From positions 1-32,573 of the forward strand of contig JBFZBV010000156.1 in assembly GCA_041308285.1 (NCBI GenBank): DNA of 32,573 nucleotides, read 5' to 3'. Source of the DNA: Planctomycetota bacterium. Its GTDB lineage: Bacteria > Planctomycetota > JAKEIC01 > DYIT01. The position numbers were made by a program, and so were the translations under genes. Below, in pieces: positions 1 through 8,450 of this stretch (positions are counted from its first letter, which is position 1; every line of letters begins with the position of its first letter). The notes under the pieces were generated by a model. That model was given only the letters and a program-made list of their open reading frames with translations, was not told where the DNA came from and did no database searches.

Positions 1-2653
1 TGTAGTAGGTCGGGAATTCCGGGTCCATCCGGACCGCCTCGTCGTGATTCCTCACCGCCTTCTCGAAGCTCTGGATCGAATCGGCTCCAGCCTGCGACTC
101 GGCCTCGCCCATCGCCGCCCATGCGGTCCCGAGGTTCAAGAAGGCCGGCGAATATCGGGGATTCATCTTCACCGCGGCCGCGTAATCTTCAATCGCCCTG
201 GCGAGGATTGGCCTGGGGTCCTCCCCCCTGTCGGCCGCCGCCCCGGCAAGAGCCTGGCCCGCGTTCCCCCGGTTGTTGCGCGTGAGCACGTCCCCGGGAT
301 CAGCCTCGAGGACCAGGCCGAATTCGGCCAGCGCTTTCCCGAGGCTTCCGGTCGGGTCGACTCCGCGGGCGGCCTCGGCTTCGCCGAGTCCCAGGAAAGC
401 GAGCCCGAGTATTCTCCGGAGTTTCAGGGTGACTGCCCCGCCTTCCAGGGCCGATTCCGCAGCCTTGACAGACGCCTCGAAGTCCGGCCTCGGGTCGCCC
501 CCCGCCGCCGCGACCATCACGCCCATCGAATGGTGGAAGACCCCCATGCGCTCCTTGATGCGGAGGTCCGCTCCGAACCGGCTCTGGTACAGCTTCCCGT
601 CGGCGAGCGCGCCGTCGAAGTCCTTCATCCAGTATCTTGCGACCGCCCTGCCGAAGATGAATTCGTCCCTCATCCACGACAGCTCAGGTATCTCCATGGC
701 GTCGGCGAGGCCTTTCTCGGCCGACTTCCAGTCCGCCCTGCAGATTCCCCCGAGAAGGGCGAACGCCGCCTTGATGTCCTCCCCCGCGGATCCGCCCCAT
801 GCCCCGGCCTTCAGCGCTGCGTCGAGAAACATCTCGAACTGCTTCCTGGCGGTCGACTCCCGCTCGCTTTCTTCGGGCTTCTCCTCGAAATCCAGCCCCA
901 GCCCGGACGCGCTCCCGACGGAAGGAAGGTCCTGGTAGCCCAGGTAATCCGACAGGTAGGCAAGGGCCAGGAAGAGCAGGCCCCACGGCGACTCCGGATC
1001 GGTCTCGTGCGACTCCTTGAAAGCCTTCCGGGCCTCTTCCATGTAGCATGCCAGCCAGAGGAGCCAGGCTTTCACCGCCAGCATGGTGGATTGGGACGAG
1101 GCGTCGGCCGGCACGCCGCGGCAGAACTCCTCAATCTCGGCCCTGTGCTCCTCGAAGACCTGCTGCTTCTGCTCGACAGGCATCGTCCGGTCGAACTTCG
1201 CCTTCTTGAGAGCGTCCTGGGCGGCCTGCAGCCTGGACACCGCCTTGATGAAGACCCGGTATGCGTGCTCGCCCTTCTGCTTGAGCCTCACCATCTCCTG
1301 GGCCCTGTCGCGCTCGATTCCGGCCTCCGCCGCCTTCTCACCCTTCTCCAGCTCGCTTTTCCTGCTCTGGGCGACCATTATCGCCGCAGCCACGCCCACT
1401 GCGGCCAGCACCGCAACCGCGGCAAGGGAAGCAGCGACCGCGGTCTTGTGGCGTCCGGCCCTCCTCGCGATTCGCCGCAGGAATCCTACGGGCCGGGCTT
1501 TGACCGGTTCGCCGCTGAGGTACCTCTGCAGGTCCTCCGCGAGATCGGCGGCGGTCGCGTACCTGAACCTCGGCTCCTTGGAGAGGCACTTGAGGCAGAT
1601 GTTCTCTATGTCCCTGTCCGCGGACCGGTTCGCATTCCTCACCGGCGGGGGGTCCTCGTACAGAATCTTGTGTATGAGATTCACCGTGGTCTCCGCCTCC
1701 AGCGGAGGCCTGCCGGTCAGCATCTCGTAGAGCGTGGCGCCGAGCGAATACACGTCCGAACGCCGGTCGAGGTCCTTCACGCGTCCGTCCGCCTGCTCGG
1801 GGGGCATGTAGTGCAGCGTCCCGAGCGCCATGCCCGTGCGCGTCATGGTCGAGTCGGATTTCGCGTCCTTGGCGATTCCGAAATCCGTGAGCATCGGCTC
1901 CCATTCGACCGTGCCGGGACGAGCCTCCTGCGCGGCGGCCGCGCCGACCGGCTGCGGCTGAGCCGCCGCCGCGTTCCCCTGCGCCCCGGCGCCGGGCCCT
2001 TCCGCCTCGGCCGGCACGCTTCCGGATCCCGCGCCCTCCGCCCCGGGTCCCTCTCCCTTCTTCCCAATGAGGATGTTGGCGGGTTTGATGTCCCTGTGCA
2101 GGATGCCGTTGGCGTGGGCGTGCTCGAGCGCGACCGCAACTTTATGCGCCACAAAAGCCGCCTGGCCGGGGTTCATGCCGCCCTGGGGAATCAATTTGTC
2201 CAGGGACTTCCCTTCGACGAAATGCATGGCGAAGAAATGCAGCCTTCCGTCGCACCCGATGTCGTAGACCGGGACTATGTTGGGATGGTGCCCGAGCCGG
2301 GCCACCGCCTCGGCCTCGCGGTGGAACCGGGCTATGGCCTCGCTGGAGGCGTCCTCTCCGGCAATCAGGACCTTCAACGCGACAATGCGCTTGAGCGCCT
2401 CGTGGCGCGCCTTGTACACGACGCCCATTCCGCCGCGGCCGATTTCCGAGACAATCGTGTACGGCCCCAGGCGGTCCATGCCGAGCACGACCGCCTTGTG
2501 CGTCCCGCCGGCCTTGTTGACGTCCAGCGTGTCGGCCTCGGACCCTTCGCCCGGGCGGCGGCCCGACGGTGTCCGCTCGGGTCCGCCGGCCATCGTACGC
2601 TCATCCTGAGCCGGAACCGGGTCTTCTTCTTTTCCGGGAGTCTTCTCGTCCAT
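1..2653 (-). CDS. Hanks-type Ser/Thr protein kinase: N-terminal kinase domain, one TM helix, C-terminal TPR-like helical repeat region. Partial, because the 3' end runs off the window.
   Basis: It is absent from the ORF track because it has no stop inside the window. Reverse-complement translation from the ATG at 2653-2651 gives MDEKTPGKEEDPVPAQ... Motifs read directly are GRGGMGVVYKA (Gly loop), VALK, HRDIKPANILI (2098-2066) and DFG (1885-1877). These are followed by the hydrophobic segment AAVAVLAAVGVAAAIMVA and a long helical repeat region in frame down to position 2. Confidence 0.85.
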   Translation of the reverse strand, partial: MDEKTPGKEEDPVPAQDERTMAGGPERTPSGRRPGEGSEADTLDVNKAGGTHKAVVLGMDRLGPYTIVSEIGRGGMGVVYKARHEALKRIVALKVLIAGEDASSEAIARFHREAEAVARLGHHPNIVPVYDIGCDGRLHFFAMHFVEGKSLDKLIPQGGMNPGQAAFVAHKVAVALEHAHANGILHRDIKPANILIGKKGEGPGAEGAGSGSVPAEAEGPGAGAQGNAAAAQPQPVGAAAAQEARPGTVEWEPMLTDFGIAKDAKSDSTMTRTGMALGTLHYMPPEQADGRVKDLDRRSDVYSLGATLYEMLTGRPPLEAETTVNLIHKILYEDPPPVRNANRSADRDIENICLKCLSKEPRFRYATAADLAEDLQRYLSGEPVKARPVGFLRRIARRAGRHKTAVAASLAAVAVLAAVGVAAAIMVAQSRKSELEKGEKAAEAGIERDRAQEMVRLKQKGEHAYRVFIKAVSRLQAAQDALKKAKFDRTMPVEQKQQVFEEHRAEIEEFCRGVPADASSQSTMLAVKAWLLWLACYMEEARKAFKESHETDPESPWGLLFLALAYLSDYLGYQDLPSVGSASGLGLDFEEKPEESERESTARKQFEMFLDAALKAGAWGGSAGEDIKAAFALLGGICRADWKSAEKGLADAMEIPELSWMRDEFIFGRAVARYWMKDFDGALADGKLYQSRFGADLRIKERMGVFHHSMGVMVAAAGGDPRPDFEASVKAAESALEGGAVTLKLRRILGLAFLGLGEAEAARGVDPTGSLGKALAEFGLVLEADPGDVLTRNNRGNAGQALAGAAADRGEDPRPILARAIEDYAAAVKMNPRYSPAFLNLGTAWAAMGEAESQAGADSIQSFEKAVRNHDEAVRMDPEFPTYY

Positions 2654-2838
2654 GTCCGCCCTGCAACGCCGACCTCGGATATCATGGTCTATTTCGCATA
2701 TTTCATCAACACGAAGAAGAAGCGCAAGGACGGCCGGCCTCGGCTCGAAGCCAGCCATGCCTCCGCCCCTCGAAGCGGAATGTTCTCGCACGGTCTCTGC
2801 GCCGGATACGGCCTGGAGATTGGGAAACGTCATCACGG

Positions 2839-2871
2839 AAAAAAAAGAAGGGGCGCTTTGCGCGCCCCTTC
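2839..2871 (-). terminator. Rho-independent terminator of gdhA
   Basis: A perfect 10-bp stem pairs gaaggggcgc (2847-2856) with gcgccccttc (2862-2871), with a 5-nt loop. On the minus strand it is followed by a run of 8 T (A-run 2839-2846 on plus). It lies 28 nt after the gdhA stop. Confidence 0.8.
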
Positions 2872-2898
2872 CGTGAAGTTCCCATCCAGGCACAGGAT

Positions 2899-4257
2899 TC
2901 AAACGAGTCCGTAGGCGTACATGGCCCTTGCGACCTTGAGGAATCCTGCGATGTTGGCCCCCATGGGGTAGTTGCCGGGCTGGCCGTAGGCCTGCGCCGC
3001 GTCGATGCATGACTTGTGGATGCTCTTCATAATCTGAAGAAGTCTCGCGTCCACTTCTTCGCGGGTCCAGGAGAGCCTGAGGCTGTTCTGGCTCATTTCC
3101 AGGCCGGATGTGGCTACGCCGCCTGCGTTCGCGGCTTTAGCAGGCCCATAGAGCATCCTGTGCTCGAGGTACACATCGACGGCTTCCGGTGTGGAGGGCA
3201 TGTTCGCTCCTTCGGACAGGCAGAAGCAGCCGCTCTTGACGAGCGCCTGCGCGAGAACCCCGTCTATTTCGTTCTGCGTGGCGGAAGGAAGGGCGATGTC
3301 GATCTTGAGGTTTTCCTTCTTGATGACATCCCAGACGCTCATGCCCGCGTAGTAGGAGGCTTTCTTGTACTTCTCCGTGTACTCCTTGATTCTCCCCCTG
3401 CGGTTGTTCTTGAGGTCCATTACGAAATTCCACTTCTCGCCTTTGATTCCGTCCATGTCGACGACTGCGCCTTCGGAGTCGGACATGGTGATTGCCTTTC
3501 CGCCGAGCTGGTTGACCTTCTCCACGGCATATTGGGCCACGTTGCCGGACCCGCTTACCGCGCATATCTTGTCTTTGACGTCTTTGCCGCGCGTGGCGAG
3601 CATTTCCTGCGCGAAGTACACCTGGCCGTATCCCGTGGCTTCGGGCCGGATGAGGCTTCCGCCGTACTCCAGTCCCTTTCCGGTGAGAACGCCCGTGTGC
3701 TCGTTTCGGATCTTCTTGTAGTATCCGTACATGTAGCCGATTTCACGGCCCCCCACCCCGATGTCTCCGGCAGGCACGTCGACGTCCGCGCCGACATACC
3801 GGAAGAGCTCGCGCATGAAGGCCTGGCAGAACCTCATCACCTCGTTATCCGACTTGCCTTTGGGATCGAAGTCCGATCCGCCCTTGCCGCCGCCCATGGG
3901 CAGCGTGGTGAGGGAGTTCTTGAAAATCTGCTCGAATCCGAGGAACTTTATGATTCCCAGGTTGACGGACGGGTGGAAACGCAGGCCGCCCTTGTAGGGC
4001 CCGATGGCATTGTTGAACTGGACCCTGAAACCGCGATTGACGTGGACATAGCCGTTGTCGTCCATCCAAGGCACCCTGAACAAAACCGCACGGTCAGGTT
4101 CCACGATTCGCTCGTAAATACCTGCTTTCACGAACTCCGGGTGCTTGGCGACTGTCGGTTCGAGGGTGTTGAACACCTCCTCGACCGCCTGAAGGAATTC
4201 TGGCTCTGCTGGGTTCTTCTCCTTCACTTTCTGGCACAGGTCTTTGATGTACGACAT
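2899..4257 (-). CDS. gdhA: NADP-specific glutamate dehydrogenase
   Basis: The 452-aa ORF carries hallmark hexameric GDH motifs: LPMGGGKGGSDFDPKGKS, GPYKGGLRFHP, AGDIGVGGREIGY and the dinucleotide fold VSGSGNVAQYA. An AAGGAG RBS (4270-4265) sits 7 nt before the ATG. Confidence 0.97.
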   Translation of the reverse strand: MSYIKDLCQKVKEKNPAEPEFLQAVEEVFNTLEPTVAKHPEFVKAGIYERIVEPDRAVLFRVPWMDDNGYVHVNRGFRVQFNNAIGPYKGGLRFHPSVNLGIIKFLGFEQIFKNSLTTLPMGGGKGGSDFDPKGKSDNEVMRFCQAFMRELFRYVGADVDVPAGDIGVGGREIGYMYGYYKKIRNEHTGVLTGKGLEYGGSLIRPEATGYGQVYFAQEMLATRGKDVKDKICAVSGSGNVAQYAVEKVNQLGGKAITMSDSEGAVVDMDGIKGEKWNFVMDLKNNRRGRIKEYTEKYKKASYYAGMSVWDVIKKENLKIDIALPSATQNEIDGVLAQALVKSGCFCLSEGANMPSTPEAVDVYLEHRMLYGPAKAANAGGVATSGLEMSQNSLRLSWTREEVDARLLQIMKSIHKSCIDAAQAYGQPGNYPMGANIAGFLKVARAMYAYGLV

Positions 4258-4293
4258 ATATATCTCCTTAAACAGGTGAGTGTTGAACCAGTC

Positions 4294-4321
4294 TTATATA
4301 TTCGTCGATATGGGTGTCAAG
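4294..4321 (-). promoter_or_regulatory. Candidate sigma-70 promoter for gdhA
   Basis: On the minus strand the -35 is TTGACA (4321-4316), followed by a 16-nt spacer and the -10 TATAAG (4299-4294). The element lies ~35 nt upstream of the gdhA ATG. A second TTGACA lies 17 nt further upstream. Confidence 0.45.
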
Positions 4322-4604
4322 TGATTTCAAATGTCAACAGCGAGGGGGTAAGATACCCCAGGCAGCTTCATTCGCTGGCCGAAATCGCCCCGCTTCTTCC
4401 CTGATTCATAATTCATTGCGCAGCTGTATGTTACGGCAATCCATCCCATTCTCGCGACGTTAAGGCCCATGTTTCATGTTTCTAGAGGCTGAAAAAAAAC
4501 CGTCTTTGCGCCCTGAAACTATTGGCGGCTGTCGTCGATTTTTGTGAAAATCGGCGCTTTGAAGCCCTGAAAACGCAAAGCTGTCTTCTTTCTGCAGCAC
4601 GGCA

Positions 4605-6347
4605 ATGGAAAAACCTGAAGACCTGACTTACGACCCTGAAGGATCGGGCAAGAAACAGCTCGATGATTTCCAGCATCTGACCCGGGAGCTGGTCGGAATC
4701 ATCCGGCAGGGAAGATCTGAGTCCGAATTCATGCCCGGCGTGCTTCGGCTTTTGCTCAACTACTCCGGCAGCGACGAGATATCCTTGCTTCTGGCGCCCG
4801 GCGAAGGTTCCACGAGCTGGACTGCGCGGTGGAGAAACCTGCGGTTCTTCTATTGCGAAGCGATTGCTGCCTCAAAAGCCGCGAAAATCTGGGGGGGAAC
4901 TGAGGGCGTCCACAGCCCGGAATCTCTCAAGGAAATAGTTTCGACCTGCAATGCCGGCCTCGTATCGTCTTGTTTCACGGACAAAGGCAGTTTCTATACC
5001 GGTGATGCAAACGCTCTTTGCGAGTCAATGCCCGATTTGCGCCTCATCTGCGGCGAATTATTCCCCGCCTCGGGAATCAAACCGGGGTCAATCGCCCTGG
5101 TCCCTCTTGCCGCCGGGGAGAAAGAGGCCGGGACGCTGAGATTCGTCGCTCATGAGAAGAATTTCTACTCCAGACCGGAAGTCGAATTCTACGAAAGCCT
5201 GAGCCAGGTTCTTGGCGTTCTCTTCGCTAGCACCAGGACTCAGGCTGCTTTGAGCGAGCGTCTGAAAGAGCTCACCTGTCTATATGGCATTTCAAAGGTC
5301 CTGGAGCAGAAAGGCCTCCTGCATGACCAGGCCCTCAAGCAAATCGCCGACCTTCTGCCTCCTGCCATGCAGTACCCTGAAATAGCCTCGGCAAGGATTT
5401 CCCTCGACGGATTAATCTTTTCGACCAGCGGCTTCAGCTTCGCCAAGGACGTCCTTCCGGCCGACATCATCGTGGGCGGGGAGAGGCGGGGGCTGGTTGA
5501 AATCGCCTATACGGAAATCAAACCCGTTCTTGCCGAAGGCCCGTTCCTGAAGGAGGAGCGGAGTCTCATCGACGCCGTGGCCCGGGAGATTACCTTTTTC
5601 CTGGACCGGAAGAAGGCCGAGGATGACAAAGTCAGCATTCAGAACCATCTGAGGCAGGCCGACAGGCTGGCTACGGTAGGCCAGATTGCCGCGAGCATCG
5701 CTCACGACCTGAACGAGCCGCTGAGCAACATCCTCGGATTCGCGCAACTCGCCGAAAAAGCCAACAACCTGCCGGGACAGGCCGACAAGGACATCAGGAA
5801 AATAATTGAGGCATCTCTGTACGCAAGGGGGATAGTCAAAAAGCTTCTGGGGTTCACCCGACAAGTCCCGATTACCAAAGTCCGGCTGGATCTGAACAAG
5901 GTCATCGACGACAGCCTGTTCCTTTTCGAAAAACGCTGCATGACCGAGGGGATCGAACTTGTGAAGGAGCTGGCCTCGGCGCTCCCGGAAGTCGAGGCGG
6001 ACCAGGTCCAGGCCAACCAAATCCTGGTGAACCTGATGGTCAATGCGATTCAAGCCATGCCTGACGGTGGGAAACTCACCATACGCACGGGATGCCATCC
6101 GGAGCATGTGTTCCTATCGGTCGAGGACACCGGCATCGGCATGGACGATGAGACTCTGAAACACATATTCAATCCTTTTTTCACCACCAAGGAGAAAGGC
6201 GAAGGCACCGGCCTGGGCTTGCCCATGGTTCAGGACATCGTGAAGTCGCACGGCGGGACGATTAAGGTCGATAGCAAGCCGGGGCAGGGATCGAGGTTCG
6301 AGGTGCGTCTTCCCATATTTCACCCCCAGGCAGCGTCGAATCCTTGA
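4605..6347 (+). CDS. Cytoplasmic sensor histidine kinase: GAF-like N-terminal region, a sensor domain with an ELTCLYGIS motif, then HisKA and HATPase_c
   Basis: The H-box is ASIAHDLNEPLSNILGF, the N-box is NLMVNAIQAM, and the G-boxes are EDTGIGMD and GEGTGLGLPMV. I see no obvious TM helix. The start is uncertain because there is no clear RBS. Confidence 0.85.
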   Translation: MEKPEDLTYDPEGSGKKQLDDFQHLTRELVGIIRQGRSESEFMPGVLRLLLNYSGSDEISLLLAPGEGSTSWTARWRNLRFFYCEAIAASKAAKIWGGTEGVHSPESLKEIVSTCNAGLVSSCFTDKGSFYTGDANALCESMPDLRLICGELFPASGIKPGSIALVPLAAGEKEAGTLRFVAHEKNFYSRPEVEFYESLSQVLGVLFASTRTQAALSERLKELTCLYGISKVLEQKGLLHDQALKQIADLLPPAMQYPEIASARISLDGLIFSTSGFSFAKDVLPADIIVGGERRGLVEIAYTEIKPVLAEGPFLKEERSLIDAVAREITFFLDRKKAEDDKVSIQNHLRQADRLATVGQIAASIAHDLNEPLSNILGFAQLAEKANNLPGQADKDIRKIIEASLYARGIVKKLLGFTRQVPITKVRLDLNKVIDDSLFLFEKRCMTEGIELVKELASALPEVEADQVQANQILVNLMVNAIQAMPDGGKLTIRTGCHPEHVFLSVEDTGIGMDDETLKHIFNPFFTTKEKGEGTGLGLPMVQDIVKSHGGTIKVDSKPGQGSRFEVRLPIFHPQAASNP

Positions 6348-6374
6348 CCGGAGGGGCAAAGCGGAGGAATCCAA

Positions 6375-7721
6375 ATGGCGACTCAGGCGGCCCGGGAGAA
6401 GATTCTCATTGTCGACGACGCCGCGGATACCCGCGAGGTGGTCCAGCGGAACCTGTCCGCGGAAGGATATGAAACCTATTCCGCATCCGGCCCGGAGGAA
6501 GCCCTCGCCTTCCTGGATCATTCGCATGTGGACCTCGTGATAACGGATTTGAAAATGCCCGGAGCCTCCGGGCTGGACATCGTGCGGCACGTCCGCGAGA
6601 ACCTGCCGGGCACTGAAGTCATGATGATTACGGGCTATGCGACAATCGAAGGCGCCGTCGTTGCGGTCAAGACGGGCGCCGAGGAGTACCTGGCGAAGCC
6701 CTTCACGTCCGAGGAGCTTATTGCCGCTGTCCGGAGATCCTTCGCAAAACTGCATCTCAGAAAAGCAGGAAGCGTCCCGGGAGAGAAAAGCATCTCGTCC
6801 ATGTACGGCCTGCTCGGCGCTTCCGATGCGATGAAGGGCGTGTACGGGGCCATCGCCAAGACCGCGCCGACGAACGCCACAATCCTCATCACGGGCGAAA
6901 GCGGCACTGGCAAGGAGCTCGTGGCGAGGGCGATTCACTACTCGAGCCCCAGAGCCTCAGGCCCGTTCGTGCCGGTCAACTGCGGCGGAATCCCGGAGGG
7001 ACTCCTCGAAAGCGAGCTTTTCGGCCATGTGAAGGGCGCTTTCACCGGAGCAGTCGAGTCAAGGGCAGGTTTCTTCCAGACTGCCGAGGGAGGATCAATC
7101 TTCCTGGACGAAATCGGCGAAGTGAGCCTCGCGATGCAGGTGAAACTGCTTCGGGTCCTGCAGGACAGGGAAGTCTGCATGGTGGGCGCGACCAAATCCA
7201 GGAGAGTCGATCTCCGGGTAATCGCCGCGACCAACAAGGACCTGCTCGCCCTCATCAAGAAAGGGATCTTCAGGGAGGACTTGTACTTCAGGCTGAACGT
7301 CATCAGCATCGCCATCCCTCCGCTCAGGGAGAGAGGGGACGACGTGCTCCTCCTCGCCGGCCATTTCTCCAGGAAATTCTCCGAGGAACTCGGCAAGCCT
7401 CCGGCCAGGTTCTCGGATTCCGCGCTCGCTGCCCTGAAGAACTACGACTGGCCGGGGAACGTCAGGGAACTCGAGAACGTGATTCAGAGAGTCGCCCTCT
7501 GGAGCGAGAACAGGGAAGTCAACGCATCTGATCTCCCCTCGCTGATGCGCTTCACCGCCGGCAAGGGCCTGAGCCCCCACCGGACCCTCTCCGAAATGGA
7601 AGCCACCCATATCGCCAACGTCCTGTCGTCGCTGGGCGGAAACAAGACCAGAGCCGCTGAAGTCCTGGGCATAGACAGGAAGACGCTCCGCGAGAAGATG
7701 AAAAGGTACTTGCTCGAATAG
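6375..7721 (+). CDS. Sigma-54-dependent response regulator (NtrC family: REC + AAA+ + Fis-type HTH)
   Basis: The REC domain shows ILIVDD...DLVITDLKMPG. Walker A is GESGTGKE, the GAFTGA loop reads GHVKGAFTGA, and Walker B is FLDEIGE. The C-terminal HTH reads GNKTRAAEVLGIDRKTLREK. A GGAGGA RBS lies 6 nt upstream of the ATG. Confidence 0.93.
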   Translation: MATQAAREKILIVDDAADTREVVQRNLSAEGYETYSASGPEEALAFLDHSHVDLVITDLKMPGASGLDIVRHVRENLPGTEVMMITGYATIEGAVVAVKTGAEEYLAKPFTSEELIAAVRRSFAKLHLRKAGSVPGEKSISSMYGLLGASDAMKGVYGAIAKTAPTNATILITGESGTGKELVARAIHYSSPRASGPFVPVNCGGIPEGLLESELFGHVKGAFTGAVESRAGFFQTAEGGSIFLDEIGEVSLAMQVKLLRVLQDREVCMVGATKSRRVDLRVIAATNKDLLALIKKGIFREDLYFRLNVISIAIPPLRERGDDVLLLAGHFSRKFSEELGKPPARFSDSALAALKNYDWPGNVRELENVIQRVALWSENREVNASDLPSLMRFTAGKGLSPHRTLSEMEATHIANVLSSLGGNKTRAAEVLGIDRKTLREKMKRYLLE

Positions 7722-7930
7722 CCGGTTTTCCCGCCTTTCCCCACACGCCTTGGCCGGGGAGTTTCTACCCGCTGGAGAGCAAATCCCCGGCAGAAACACC
7801 TTCCGAACGTCGGTTGAATTCCATCATCCTCGCTCAGGCAGGCGCGCTTCGAAGCCTCAAGTCCCTGATATGAAACGTGATCCGTGGCTGTCCATCTCCC
7901 GTCGGAATCTGCCGCCCGGAAAAAAACTTT

Positions 7931-7946
7931 TGGCGCGCCGCGTGCA
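7931..7946 (+). promoter_or_regulatory. Candidate sigma-54 (-24/-12) promoter for the 8069-14874 operon
   Basis: The sequence is TGGCGCGCCGCGTGCA. GG and GC sit at exactly the spacing of the consensus TGGCACG-N4-TTGCA. It lies 123 nt upstream of the first ORF and directly downstream of a sigma-54 activator gene. Confidence 0.5.
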
Positions 7947-8068
7947 ATGTACATCCCCGTTGGAATCAAGACGAACGAGAAATCCGATCGGATGCTTGAA
8001 AGCTTGATTCAAAGGTCTCCCGGGTTCAGAAAACACGAAGGCAATAGTTGAAATTATGAGGGGGTATT

Positions 8069-8392
8069 ATGAGTGCCATATTCTCAATGGAGGGCCCAAG
8101 CGTGTCCGCTTCAAGGAAAATGCCGGGAATTTGCCAAAGCTGCCTTTTCTTCCCTGAGTGCAGCTTGAGGCGGGACAAAGAGACGCCCGTATGTTTCTGC
8201 GAATTGTTCGAATGCACAAGCGATGTCGAATCGAGCGCCAGGGAAATCGATCTCGACCACTGCCCCGGCGATTCCAATCCCGAGTTCTGCGACAGGAGCC
8301 TGAAGGGGCTTTGCATGAACTGCGAGAACAGGACAACCTGCAGGTATCCTCGCCAGGAAGGCGGCGTGTGGCACTGCTCGGACTATAAATAA
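8069..8392 (+). CDS. Small Cys-rich protein (107 aa) with an internal duplication of a G-[IL]-C-x2-C-x5-C-x10/11-C module; putative metal or Fe-S binding
   Basis: A GAGGGGG RBS lies 5 nt before the ATG. The two modules are GICQSCLFFPECSLRRDKETPVCFC and GLCMNCENRTTCRYPRQEGGVWHC. It is the first gene after the -24/-12 element. Confidence 0.6.
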   Translation: MSAIFSMEGPSVSASRKMPGICQSCLFFPECSLRRDKETPVCFCELFECTSDVESSAREIDLDHCPGDSNPEFCDRSLKGLCMNCENRTTCRYPRQEGGVWHCSDYK

Positions 8393-8417
8393 GCGATACC
8401 GCCTGGCGATACCGCCT
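8393..8417. repeat. Tandem direct repeat of a 12-mer, gcgataccgcct, x2 with a 1-nt spacer
   Basis: Exact copies lie at 8393-8404 and 8406-8417, starting immediately after the stop codon (8390-8392) of the Cys-rich ORF. Confidence 0.7.
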
Positions 8418-8450
8418 TCACAACTTTGACGCGATTGGGGTGTTTCAGAA

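Noticed and set aside
44-2914. 956-aa plus-strand ORF, the longest ORF at the left end
   Set aside because: Its translation is Arg/Pro/Gly-rich with no recognisable motif. The opposite strand encodes a complete Hanks kinase (Gly loop, VALK, HRDIKPANIL, DFG) in one frame. It is a typical antisense ORF of GC-rich DNA.
3016-4404. 462-aa plus-strand ORF
   Set aside because: It is fully antisense to gdhA, which has unmistakable GDH motifs, an RBS, a promoter and a terminator.
7750-8007. 85-aa ORF in the regulator/operon intergenic region
   Set aside because: It has no RBS, it spans the -24/-12 element and the leader palindromes, and its composition is Arg/Pro-rich.
8369-8384. TGGCAC at 8369-8374 as a second sigma-54 promoter inside the Cys-rich ORF
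   Set aside because: The position 12 nt downstream of the GG is AC, not GC, so the -12 element is missing.
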